Shown: in pieces, positions 10,971 through 22,878 of the stretch | How positions within the stretch are numbered: the stretch's first letter is position 1 | Layout: each line of letters begins with the position of its first letter | NCBI RefSeq assembly: GCF_001194135.2 | Contig: NC_068993.1 | Span: 17,669,322-17,702,799 of the forward strand | Length of the DNA: 33,478 bases | DNA from: Octopus bimaculoides | Lineage: Eukaryota | Reading direction: 5' to 3' | Position numbers and translations under genes: made by a program | The notes under the pieces: generated by a model | Seen by the model: the letters and a program-made list of their open reading frames with translations, nothing else | What the model was told of the DNA's origin: nothing | Database searches by the model: none

Positions 10971-12780
10971 GTATTGTGAATGATGCGTACATATACATAC
11001 ATATATATAGGCCACAAAAACATGCAATTTCAAATTTTTTTAGAAATGCTCCAAGGCCCACTGAGAACATCTCATTAGCCCACATATAACTCACAACCCA
11101 TGTGTGCTGACACCCCCCACCAGGCATAGAAACTATTTTGTTGGCTCATGTCATCAGTTTTTGTGTTAAGTGTGCTGAATTCCAAGTAAAAAAAAGATAA
11201 CTCTTTTTTTTCTGTTAACTTTTGGATCAGAGAAACCTATTTTCTGAAGGTTTTAATTACTTGGGTAAATAAAACTGTAGGTGTTCTTTGGGTGCAGGTA
11301 ATGAGTGTGAAGTAAGTAGTTTGTTTCCCAACCACAGTTACACTCCATGGCACCTTGGGTATGTGTTCTTTTACTGTAGCTCCAGGCTGACCAAAACCTT
11401 ACAAGAGGATTTGGTGGATGGAAACTGAAAGAAGCCTTCTTGCATTGATATTGCATGACAGTAGTGAGTGAGTGTCAGTTACGCAGGTAGTGTCTTTTGT
11501 TTCCAGTCTTCCATGAAAACTTGTCTGGTCATGGGGGAATATTACTTCACATGGAAATAGGTGAGAGTTGGTGACAGGAAGGGCATCATCATCATCATCA
11601 TCATCATCATCGTTTAACGTCCGCTTTCCATGCTAGCATGGGTTGGACGGTTTGACTGAGGACTGGTCTTGCTGTAAAAAAATTTTGCCTCAACAAATTT
11701 AGTCTGACCCATACTAGAGTGGAAAACTAGATCCAAGATTGTGCTTAATTGAAAGACATGAAAAGATGTAATACTTTAACAGATTGGAAAAAAAAAAAAA
11801 AAAAATAACATAATAAATGTAACAGGTTTTAACCCCAGTGATAATGACAATATGAATTCTTAATTGATAAGTTACTTTACTAATCAATCACAGTATGCGA
11901 TATATGTCTCGGTTTGTTTGTTTGTTTATAGTAACCATCTTATACTTCTAGCTGCTAGCTATTACTTGCTATCACCTTTACTATAAAACTCAATGTAGGC
12001 CACTTACTTTCTGTAGTACAACTAGCAACATCAGCAGTTAACTATCTAGTAAGTATTATTATCTTGTACACTTATGCGTATGTAGGTGAGAATGTGTTTA
12101 TTTTTAATTAGCAGTCTACTCACTATAATCTTTCCATTTTTCTGGGGGTTTTTTTTTCATACTTATCATTTATTTCAGAATTACACAAGTTTATTTTATT
12201 TTCAAACATTAATTATGAATGTGAAAATAACAACAAAATAATGAAAATCGTTTTTTTTTTTCCTCTTATTTACTGTCAATGTATGATACTTGTATGTTTG
12301 CAAGAAAGAAAAAAAAAATGTTACAAGACACTAAAAAACAAAAAAAGGGTTTTTCTTTTTGTTGTTGTAGTTTAACCCCAGGCTTCTCCTGATCAAGCAA
12401 TCTATAATCAAGGGCATTCCATCCTTGACCTTCCTTTATTTTTCCGGCATACAGGAAACCCTAAAAGAACAATATTATACACATCAAAAAAAATTTTTTT
12501 TTTAAAGTTATTAGATTGCAATGTGAAGGAGATTTTGCTGCTATTACTAGCAGATCAAGTAAGCATGAAGAATTTTCCAGGGATGCTTATAGGTGCAAAC
12601 TAAATACATTTGCGAAAGGTACGTGTATGTATGTGTACTTTGAAAATATAGTATGATATATATATATAATGAGAACAAATATGTATGAATGTACGATAAA
12701 TATGTATGTATATATGTGTGTATATATATGTGTGTATATATATATGTGTGTGTGTGTGTGTATATATATATATGTATGTA

Positions 12781-12841
<61 letters not shown>

Positions 12842-13130
12842 NNNNNNNNNNNNNNNNNNNNNNNNNNNNNNNNNNNNNNNNNNNNNNNNNNNNNNNNNNN
12901 NNNNNNNNNNNNNNNNNNNNNNNNNNNNNNNNNNNNNNNNNNNNNNNNNNNNNNNNNNNNNNNNNNNNNNNNNNNNNNNNNNNNNNNNNNNNNNNNNNNN
13001 NNNNNNNNNNNNNNNNNNNNNNNNNNNNNNNNNNNNNNNNNNNNNNNNNNNNNNNNNNNNNNNNNNNNNNNNNNNNNNNNNNNNNNNNNNNNNNNNNNNN
13101 NNNNNNNNNNNNNNNNNNNNNNNNNNNNNN

Positions 13131-13171
<41 letters not shown>

Positions 13172-13433
13172 AAAATGAGCTGACAAAGTGATAAATTACA
13201 AAACTCTACGCATAAGTGTAGAGTATTCTTTAACACATTGTAACTATATTTTAATGCATGCATGCATACATTTATCTAATTAAAAAAAGTTATGTGCTGA
13301 AAAGGAAAGTGCAAAAAGAAATGAAAGAGATTGAAGAGTGAGAGTAAAGTAGAGAGACTGTAAGAAAGAGAAAGTGAGAGAATGAAGAGTAAGAATGAAG
13401 TTTCTACTTCATTCACAGTGTATATTCACACTG

Positions 13434-13474
<41 letters not shown>

Positions 13475-13486
13475 AATGAAGTAGAG

Positions 13487-13698
13487 TAGGGGTCAGGGAA
13501 CTTTTTTAACCAATTACCCCAAAATATATTTATTTACTCCAATGTTACCCCTCTTGATTTGAAAGGAAGAAATTCATAGATAACAAGGAACATGATTTTT
13601 TATATAATTTTACTTAAGTTTAATGAGTCCTCATTACTCACAAGAATTTCATTTTTACTCCACTTGGGGAGTAATTAACCCTTGTTTGCTGACCCCTG
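13487..13698. mobile_element. hAT-type MITE, 212 bp
   Basis: 8-bp TSD AAGTAGAG (13479-13486 and 13699-13706); TIR TAGGGGTCAGGGAAC vs CAGGGGTCAGCAAAC (12/15). Confidence 0.88.
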
Positions 13699-13844
13699 AA
13701 GTAGAGGGACAGTGAGAGACAAGACAATTAAAGAAACTGATTGGGAAGGAAAGAAATGAAGAAATAGAGACAACATGAAAATAATTTTAAAAAATGAATT
13801 AGGTATAGGCTTATATGGAATTCACCCATGCAACACCACCACCC

Positions 13845-13882
<38 letters not shown>

Positions 13883-14729
13883 TCCAAATTTTGGCACAAG
13901 GCTAGTAATTTCAGGGGAGAGATTGCAAGGCTAGTTGGTTACATTATTTAACTGGTACTTATTTTGTCGACCTTGAAAGGATGAAAGGCGAAGTCAACCA
14001 TGGCAGAATTTGAACTCAGAACGTAAAGATAGATGAAATGCCACTAAGCTTTTTGTCCAGCATGCTAATGATTCTGCCAGCTCGCTGCCTAATAATGATA
14101 ATGATAATAGTAATAATAATAATAATAAGCCTTTCTACTAAAGGTACAAGGCCTGAAATTTTGGGGTAGGGGGCTAGTTGATTACATTGACCCCCAGGTT
14201 CAACTGGTACTTATTTTATCAACTCGAAAGAATGAAAGGCAAAGTTGACCTCAGCGGAATTTGAACTCAGAACGTGAAGACAGACAAAATGCTGCTAAGC
14301 ATTTTGCTTGGCGTGCTAATGGTTCTGCCAGCTTACTGCCTTAGATTAAAAATAATAATAATAATTTTTTCTGCTGGAAGCACAAGGCCTCAAATTTGGG
14401 AAAAGGGATTAAGTTGATTACACCAACCCCAGTGCATAACTGGTACTTCTTTAATTNNNNNNNNNNTGCTAATGGTTCTGCCAGCTTACTGCCTTAGATT
14501 AAAAATAATAATAATAATTTTTTCTGCTGGAAGCACAAGGCCTCAAATTTGGGAAAAGGGATTAAGTTGATTACACCAACCCCAGTGCATAACTGGTACT
14601 TCTTTAATTGACCCTGAAAGGATTAGAGACAAAGTCAACCTCGGCGGAATTTAAACTCAGAACATAGTGATGGGCGTAATACTGATAAGCATTTTGCCTG
14701 GCTAATGATTCTGCCAGCTTACTGCCTTA

Positions 14730-14802
<73 letters not shown>

Positions 14803-14982
14803 CCTCCTCCTCTCGACTATAAGAACAAGGCCTGAATTTTAGTGGGAAGGGACTAGTTGATTACATCGACTACAGTACTCAACCGGTACTTATTTTATCA
14901 ACCCCGAAAGGATGAAAGGCAAAGTCAACCTTGGTAGAGTTTGAACTCAGAACACAGCAGCAGACAAAATACCGCTAAGTAT
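13883..14982 (-). mobile_element. Tandem array of four family B SINEs (about 210 bp each) separated by (AAT)n
   Basis: Copies at about 13883-14090, 14130-14342, 14519-14728 and 14803-14982. Antisense of head aaggcggcgagctggcagaa and B box gagttcaaattcc. 14314-14456 is duplicated across a 10-N gap. Confidence 0.9.
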
Positions 14983-15230
14983 TAAAAAAGGAAAAGATAC
15001 TGTGGAGTGTGAAAAAAAAAAAAGAAAGAAAAAAAACATGCTTACAAATATGAAAGGTGGAGGTAAAAGATGTTATACAAGAAATGGATTGAAGTATAGA
15101 GCATTTGAAAGGTACACACTCATGAACATGGGCACACACACACCTCATCATCATCGTATGTGTGTGTGTGTTTATATATATATACACACAGTGAATGCTT
15201 ATAAGCTTAAGCATATAATTATTATTTACA

Positions 15231-15270
<40 letters not shown>

Positions 15271-15272
<2 letters not shown>

Positions 15273-15463
15273 TGTAAATGATAATTTTATGCTTAGGCTT
15301 ATAAGCATTCACTGTATACTGGCGATAGCAAATAGCCTAATATTGGGGCATATAAGCCCTTGATGGAAAAAATACCCCTTTTTTGCCCCAATATTAGACT
15401 ATTTTCTATAGCCAACATACGGTGAACCCTTATAAGTTTAAGCTTATAATTATTATTTACTCA
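15271..15463. mobile_element. Foldback/MITE-like element with about 77-bp imperfect TIRs (short form)
   Basis: Arms gtaaatgataat...aatagcctaatattggggca and tgccccaatattagactatt...attatttac; same family as 17968-18506. Confidence 0.75.
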
Positions 15464-17095
15464 TCACCATTTCTTAATTTAACACACACACACATACATA
15501 CATATATTCACACATATGTATACATGTACACACATAAATACATACACAAGTGCAGATACATATACACACACACATGTATGGATACACACATATTTATATG
15601 GAAATAAGTAAAGTACAATTAAACACAATAATTATAGCAAGATATAATATAAAGAATTAAAGCATGAAAGATTTTCTGGCTAGATTGAGTTGGATACTTT
15701 AAGACCCTGTTCACTGAATCAGTTCACAAAATGTGTTCAAATGCAACTGAATGCACCACTAAGCACTTTTTGAGGCATTTGTTATTGAAAAATGCCACTT
15801 TGAGGGTATTTACTTTTAAGTATAATGTAATGTCTAATTTATTTATTTCACAAGTTATCTATCTTTTGCATGTTGTTTATATTCTGACCTTAAATCATTT
15901 TTCTGTCATTCTAACTTCTAGGGAAAGTCTGTTTTACCACAGATTGATAGTTTTGTCTATCAACTGTTTGTTTGATTTTCAAAGAATGGTGACTCTTAAG
16001 TCACCATCCTCCTCATCATTTTCTATATTATTTTCCTGAGCAAGGATTTTGTTGTCATTTAAAAGAAATTGTTTCCCCTTACCTGTTTTTGTTGTTATAT
16101 TTTGAGTTCTCTTTTTTTTTAATTGTAATTTTCTCTCTTTTTTTCTTTCATCACATAATGAAGTTGTAACACTACAGGCTGGCACTGTCCATAAGAGAGC
16201 ATATTTGTTATCTTCAGTGCTTTGGTGGTGCTATTCTGGAAATTGGGAGTCATTGTTCTTTTTATTGTTGCTGTTGGTTTTCATTACTTTTGTTTTCCTT
16301 GTTATAGTTTATCTTCCCAGTTATTCAAGACATTCAGCTCCAAGACATGCTTTACTCTGACAAATGTAACAGCTAAGTTTTCTATTCTGTATCAGCAATC
16401 CCAAGCTCTTTGTCATGGTACCTCCTACTGGGTACAGTTTGTGTATGGCTCTGTGGCCTCTGGGTATTATTAGGACTTGTGAGTGCCGATTTTGATCATT
16501 CTCCTATGCTGTGACACAAAAGCCTACTTTAACCATTCTCTGATGCTGTGACACAAAATCCATTGCTAACCATGGATTTACACAATGTCCAATTCTTATT
16601 GTAATTATTGTATTTCTTTGACCCATGAACTGGGGCACAAATGTATGGCCAAACACTATTTCCAACATTTCAGCCTGTGTTTTGTGTGCATCTTCAGTTT
16701 TAAAGGTACAACAGAGTGTGCCATAACTTTTGACTTTTTCATTTGAAATTATTTCTCTCAATATACCTGGTAAGAATGTTGTATTACTTAATGTGAAAAG
16801 AAATTTAATCCGCTTCTGTCTTTTCATAAGTGGAGATATATAATTTTTTTCTCATTATCCTCTCCTGGATTATCTACTTTAGCAAAATTCTTCCATTTAC
16901 ATTATTTTTTATTGTACTTGTGACTGACCCAAAAATTCTGTCCATTTTGTTTTGAGGGAAGGTTTGTCTTCACATGACTGAAATATGAATGGACCACACA
17001 GTATTTGGAATCAAGTAAGAATTGCTTCTGCTATTGCTACTGCTGTTGTTACTGTCGTGGACTTTCAAATTACTTATTTGAGTATTTAGAACATA

Positions 17096-17405
17096 TACAT
17101 ATATCACATGATCATGTGATGGACCAGACTATCAGATATTGTTATACATCACTGGTCACAACGCCCTTTGCAATATTTTAGTTTTTCAATAGTGCCACTC
17201 CGCTGGCTTGGTACGCAAGCCAACATTTCCCTTGATCGGAAGGCTACTCTGTCACAGGGTTATCCATTTACAGCTGAGTGAACTGGAGCAACATAAAATG
17301 ATGTTTTGCTAAAAAAAACACAACATGCTGCTCAGTTTTGGAATTGAACATGCAAATTAGCGATCATGAGTGAAATATCCTATCCACTAGGCCATGCACC
17401 TTCAC
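17096..17405 (-). mobile_element. SINE family F (tRNA-like head, possibly V-domain-like centre)
   Basis: Head gtgaaggtgcatggcctagtgg; 13-bp TSD with one mismatch (tatttagaacata 17083-17095, tatttggaacata 17407-17419); homologous to 19398-19688. Confidence 0.7.
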
Positions 17406-17706
17406 ATATTTGGAACATACTTCTATTAATTGTGAACTGTACTGTCCAGTTTCTTCTTCCTCTTGTGTGTTTTGATTTTGTGTATTTGTTTTTAGCAATT
17501 GTAGTGTTTTATTGTGTAGCATAATTATGTATGGTAGCTATTGTGGATGTGTAAATGAAATGTGCGTAAATTTTCATTCCAGAGTTTATCAGTCAATTGC
17601 CTTATGAATAATATGAATGATGTGTGCATATAATGTTTTTGATTTCATCCCATCATTAAAACATTACAAATGTAGACCAAAGCAGAATAAAATTATAGAG
17701 TTTATA

Positions 17707-17881
17707 GATGCAGTCGTTGCTGTGCGGTATGAAATTTGCTTCCCAACCACATGGTCCTGGGTTCAGTGCCATTGCATAGCTCTTTTTTTGCAAGTGTTAT
17801 TTTTATTAATAGTCTCAGGCCAACCAAAGCTTTATGAATGGATTTGGTAGATGGAAATTGAAAGAAGCCTGTTTTATATAT
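17707..17881 (+). mobile_element. SINE family A, 5' half, ending in (TA)n and a gap
   Basis: Head plus core up to gaaagaagcc, then TA repeat and N-gap. Confidence 0.75.
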
Positions 17882-17922
17882 NNNNNNNNNNNNNNNNNNN
17901 NNNNNNNNNNNNNNNNNNNNNN

Positions 17923-17967
<45 letters not shown>

Positions 17968-17969
<2 letters not shown>

Positions 17970-18506
17970 AATGATAATAATAATATTCTATAAGCTTGAA
18001 GTTTATAAGCAATCACTATGTAATGACTAAAGAAAATAGTCTAATATTGGGTATACTAGACTACTCGTAACCTGTTGGGTTACCAATAGTTCAAGGTACC
18101 TGAAAAAAAACCATGTATCTTGGGAACCCATGGTTCAGTTTATGCGAAACTTGTTTTATTCTGTTTGTATTCACATTTGAATGGTACCTTACTTTCAAGT
18201 ATTTTCCCATTATGCGCTGGTTTGGCTGTATTAAATTACAAACAAGCACGCAAGCAAGCAATCACACAGCTGTTAGTAGTATAGAGACAATCCCTCAATG
18301 GAAAAAAAGTAGGGTCTCCGTACACATGGGACATGAACCCACAGTTCTTTGTTTTCACAACAAGTGTGTTCCATGCATACGAAGACCATGCATTTTTTCT
18401 GTTGAGGGCTTATATGCCCCAACATTAGACTATTTTCTTTAGTCACTACACACTGATCACTTATAAGCTTCAAGCTTATAAAATATTTTTATTATCATTT
18501 ACAGAA
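17968..18506. mobile_element. Foldback/MITE-like element, long form (about 540 bp)
   Basis: Inverted arms 17985-18051 and 18418-18484 (59/67 identical). Right terminus attatcatttacagaa is the reverse complement of the 15270 terminus. No transposase ORF inside. Confidence 0.8.
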
Positions 18507-18669
18507 TTGTAAAAATTGAAACTGCTTACCAAAAACCATTATGTGTATGTGTGTTATATGTATGTGTTTGTGAATGTGTGTATGTTTGTAAGACCTTGGC
18601 CTTGATATCGTGCGATACTCGTAAATGAGTGTCACTGCCACACAAGCACAGTCATTAATTTCTAATATT

Positions 18670-18882
18670 CTTTTCTACTCTAGGCACAAGGCCCAAAATT
18701 TTGGGGGAGGGGGCCAGTCGATTAGATCGACCCCACTATGCAACAGGCACTTAATTTATCGACCTCGAAAAGATGAAAGGCAAAGTCGACCTCGGAGGAA
18801 TTTGAATTCAGAACATAAAGACAGACAAAATACCGCTAAGTGTTTTGCCCAGCGTGCTAACGTTTCTGCCTCCTTGCTGCCT
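18670..18882 (-). mobile_element. SINE family B, full length, nested in a family C copy
   Basis: About 18-bp TSD with one mismatch (tcattaatttctaatatt 18652-18669; tcattcatttctaatatt 18883-18900). Confidence 0.9.
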
Positions 18883-19397
18883 TCATTCATTTCTAATATT
18901 GCGTGAGAACATGTCTGGCCATGGGGAAATATTACCTTGCTTGGATGCAGGGAAACAGTGAGGGTTGGCAACTGGAAGGGCTGTAGAAAATCTTCAGATA
19001 AACTCCATCTAGGCATGGAAAAGTGGATGTTAAATGATGATGATGTCAATCTGTGTGGTTATTAGAACAGTAGAAATAGCAGAACTCCAGACTAAACATG
19101 TTTGTTTACATCCTGTTACATTCTAACTGCAAACGCTACTTGGAATTAAGAGGAGGAGTACCTTTGGCTTTAATTCCTCCAGGTTTGGTGAAATAAGAAC
19201 CAAGAATGTTCTGGAGTGATTCTTATAAATTTGTGGCCATGTTTCAGTGAGTATATGAGATCATTACTATTTGGGGATATGGACTTGAGTCATCCAATAG
19301 ATAGGGCGATAAGCTGGACACTAGATTACAAGGTCTTTTGTAAGTCTTTGATAATGTTCTATACAACAAATATATTTCTATATAATATGAGCCAAGA

Positions 19398-19688
19398 GTG
19401 AAGGTGTTGTGGTTAGGGTGCGGTATTCACTATCATAAGGTCGTGGTTTTAATTCTTGGGCCAAGAGTACATTGTGTTCTTAAGCAAAACACTTCATTTC
19501 TCATTGCTTCAAGTCCACTCAACTGAAAGTGATTTCTAGCAACAGTTGGGAAGTTAACCTTGAAAAGGACTAGCATCCTGTACAGGAGAGTGGGGAAGGT
19601 GAGCATTGTGATCTTTGTCACTTAAACATCATGGAAACCTGCTTAAGCCCTGACTTTATGAGTCCTTGGGTTTGTGACAGACCTAACC
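19398..19688 (+). mobile_element. SINE family F
   Basis: Perfect 15-bp TSD TAATATGAGCCAAGA (19383-19397 and 19689-19703); tRNA-like head. Confidence 0.8.
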
Positions 19689-20135
19689 TAATATGAGCCA
19701 AGAAAGTGCTAGAGATAGCAGCCAAATTTCCCTTAAGCAATATCTTACCATCTGATTAGAAAAAAAGAGCAAGATACATGTTATAATGTAGTCTTGAATA
19801 CATTGACTGATAAGATGGCATGACCATGACTGGAATGGTTCAATCAAAAACATAAAACATAAAACTTAACAACAACTATTATAATTACAAAAAGGAAAAA
19901 ATGTATTACTTGATGCTTTGAGAAATAAAACTGGAACTAATGAATTAATTGAATTATTCATGCATGCATACACAAGCATGAACACATACACACATATCTT
20001 AGGACTTGTTACTTGACAAATATTGTCATGGTTCATGATATATTTAGGTAAGCTTGTCTATGGATTATGCTTCCCTATACTTACTATGATAAGGAAAATA
20101 ACAAAACAGATTTTCTTACCACACGCACACACACA

Positions 20136-20675
20136 TATTCTTTTATCTGTTTCAGTCATTTGACTGCGGCCGTGCTGGAGCACCGTCTTTAGTCGAACAA
20201 ATCGACACCAGGACTTATTCTTTGTAAGCCCAGTACTTATTGTATCAGTCTCTTTAGCTGAACTACTAAGTTACAGGGACATGAACACACTAATATTGGT
20301 TGGCAAGCGATGGTGGTGGTGGGGGGACACACACAGACCGTATCAGGACAATTATCCCCATGGTTAATTACCCCCTCTCCAATATATTAAGAAGTTTTAA
20401 ATCATCAACTGTTGTCCTCAGGGTAATTATCCTTGGTGAGTTATTGTCCATGGGGGGCGGGGGTAACTGTCCTAGCCTCGGACAAACACATAAACATATA
20501 CATATATATACGATGAGCTTCTTTCAGTTTCCATTTACCAAATCCACTCATAATGCTTTGGTCGGCCTGAGGCTATAGTAGAAGACACTTGTCCAAGGTG
20601 CCACTCAGCGTGACTGAACCTGGAACCATGTGGTTAGGAAGCAAGCTTCTTACCAGATAGCCACACCTGTGCCTA
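20136..20675 (-). mobile_element. SINE family A, full length, with a 142-bp insertion at 20339-20480
   Basis: Aligns with 23406-23775 on both sides of the insert. Confidence 0.85.
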
Positions 20676-20946
20676 TATATGTTTACGTACAATATATATA
20701 TATATATATATTCTTTTTTACTCTAGGCACAAGCTTTGAAATTTTTGGGGAAGGGCCAGTTGATTAGATTGACCACAGTACACAACTGGTACTTAATTTA
20801 TCGACCCCAAAAGGATGAACGGCAAAGTCGACCTTGACGGACAATATAAATATATATATTGATCTGTCTAATTTGCTTATCTGTACATTTACTTCTAAAT
20901 ATGTGTGTGTATATCTATCTATATCTATCTATATATATATATGATG

Positions 20947-20988
<42 letters not shown>

Positions 20989-21673
20989 NNNNNNNNNNNN
21001 NNNNNNNNNNNNNNNNNNNNNNNNNNNNNNNNNNNNNNNNNNNNNNNNNNNNNNNNNNNNNNNNNNNNNNNNNNNNNNNNNNNNNNNNNNNNNNNNNNNN
21101 NNNNNNNNNNNNNNNNNNNNNNNNNNNNNNNNNNNNNNNNNNNNNNNNNNNNNNNNNNNNNNNNNNNNNNNNNNNNNNNNNNNNNNNNNNNNNNNNNNNN
21201 NNNNNNNNNNNNNNNNNNNNNNNNNNNNNNNNNNNNNNNNNNNNNNNNNNNNNNNNNNNNNNNNNNNNNNNNNNNNNNNNNNNNNNNNNNNNNNNNNNNN
21301 NNNNNNNNNNNNNNNNNNNNNNNNNNNNNNNNNNNNNNNNNNNNNNNNNNNNNNNNNNNNNNNNNNNNNNNNNNNNNNNNNNNNNNNNNNNNNNNNNNNN
21401 NNNNNNNNNNNNNNNNNNNNNNNNNNNNNNNNNNNNNNNNNNNNNNNNNNNNNNNNNNNNNNNNNNNNNNNNNNNNNNNNNNNNNNNNNNNNNNNNNNNN
21501 NNNNNNNNNNNNNNNNNNNNNNNNNNNNNNNNNNNNNNNNNNNNNNNNNNNNNNNNNNNNNNNNNNNNNNNNNNNNNNNNNNNNNNNNNNNNNNNNNNNN
21601 NNNNNNNNNNNNNNNNNNNNNNNNNNNNNNNNNNNNNNNNNNNNNNNNNNNNNNNNNNNNNNNNNNNNNNNNN

Positions 21674-22550
21674 GTAGGCCATTAAAATAAACATACCAGA
21701 TTGTTTGTTTACAAAGTTATGTGATAGAGGAAAAGGGGAAGACAGAGAAAATAAGAAATAAAAAAATAAAAAAAGTAAATATAAAATAAAGGAAAAGAGC
21801 AAAGAAAATTCACTGTGACAATGCTTTTCTCATTCATTGTGATGTCATAGTTAAGACAATCATTTGCACTTCCTGCATGGATGGTAAACCAAGGATCATT
21901 CTTAAATAATTTCCAGTTCCTTTTTTGATCATTCCAAGTGCTCCTACAACCACTGGTACTATAACCATCTTGAGATACCACATTTTTTCGATTTCAGTTA
22001 GTAAATCTTTATATTTTCTGAGCTTATCAAATTCTTTTGCCAAGATATTATGGTTACAGAGTATGATCATGTCAATCACTAAACAAACTTTATTGTTTTG
22101 GTCTTTCACAACAATATCTGGTTTATTTGCTTTGATGGTCTGGTCTGTACATACTGGGAAGACCCAAAGAATAGTTACATTTTCACCCTCAGTTACAACC
22201 TCCAGAGTGGTGCTTGTACCATTTGTCAGCAGTTTTGATTTTATAATGCTGACACATTGGCCAACTCTCTCATGTGTTGATTTGTACTCTACAGATGCTA
22301 AAACCTTACATCCAGAGATTAGGTGGTCCACTGTTTCTATCCCATCATTGCAGTATCAGCACTTTGGGTCTACACCATTTTTCATCACATTGGCTTGATA
22401 GTTCTGGATCAATAAGCTCTGATCTTGGGCAGCCAATATAAAGCCTTCACTCTCTGCCTTTAGCCCTGATCTCCGTAGCCAATGATGGGTGTGCTTCTGG
22501 TCTACATCAGCTTGTTTGCTACAGGCCACATATTTACCATGCAGAGGTTT
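21674..22550 (-). mobile_element. 5'-truncated R4/Dong-clade non-LTR retrotransposon fragment: post-RT region, CCHC knuckle and restriction-like endonuclease; pseudogenised
   Basis: Minus strand reads KPLHGKY...HHWLRRSGLKAESEGFILAAQDQSL...PKC*YCNDGIETVDHLISGCKVLA..EY..H..V, then NKPDIVVKD...VIDM...KEFDKLRKYKDL...VPVVVGALG. TGA at 22356-22358 is probably CGA decay. Compensating frameshifts (CQHYKIKTADKWYKHH in another frame). ORF ends about 21810; the 3' UTR runs into the gap. Confidence 0.9.
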
Positions 22551-22574
22551 ATTATTATTATTATTATTATTATT

Positions 22575-22878
22575 GTTCAGTAGTTTTATTTTTATAATGT
22601 GCTTTCACTTCACTACCGAGCACAGCTCTGTGTGCCTTGGGTATGTGCTGTGGTTTGCTGTGATGCTCTTATGGTTACTGTATTGAAAGTGTTTTGCGTA
22701 GGATGCGTGCAGTGCCCAGTAGTGCAATTTTCTGTATGCTATATATATTTGTAAGTCCTGGTGTTTTTGTTATGTATTTGTCTGAATATTTTTTTATTAT
22801 ACCTAAGCCACCTATTATGATAGGAATTGTTTCTGTTTTTAGATTCCACATTCGAGTTACCTCTATTTCCAGGTCTTT
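22575..22878 (-). mobile_element. Second, distinct R4/Dong-type element: 3' end (67 codons plus stop, 3' UTR, (AAT)n tail)
   Basis: 22878-22675 reads KDLEIEVTRMWNLKTETIPIIIGGLGIIKKYSDKYITKTPGLTNIYSIQKIALLGTARILRKTLSIQ*, homologous to the C-terminus of the neighbouring element; (TTA)n on both + strand flanks. Confidence 0.88.

Noticed and set aside
16504-16827. 107-aa minus-strand ORF
   Set aside because: No recognisable motif, and no splice or homology support.
21925-22398. 157-aa plus-strand ORF
   Set aside because: Antisense shadow of the R4/Dong-type ORF.
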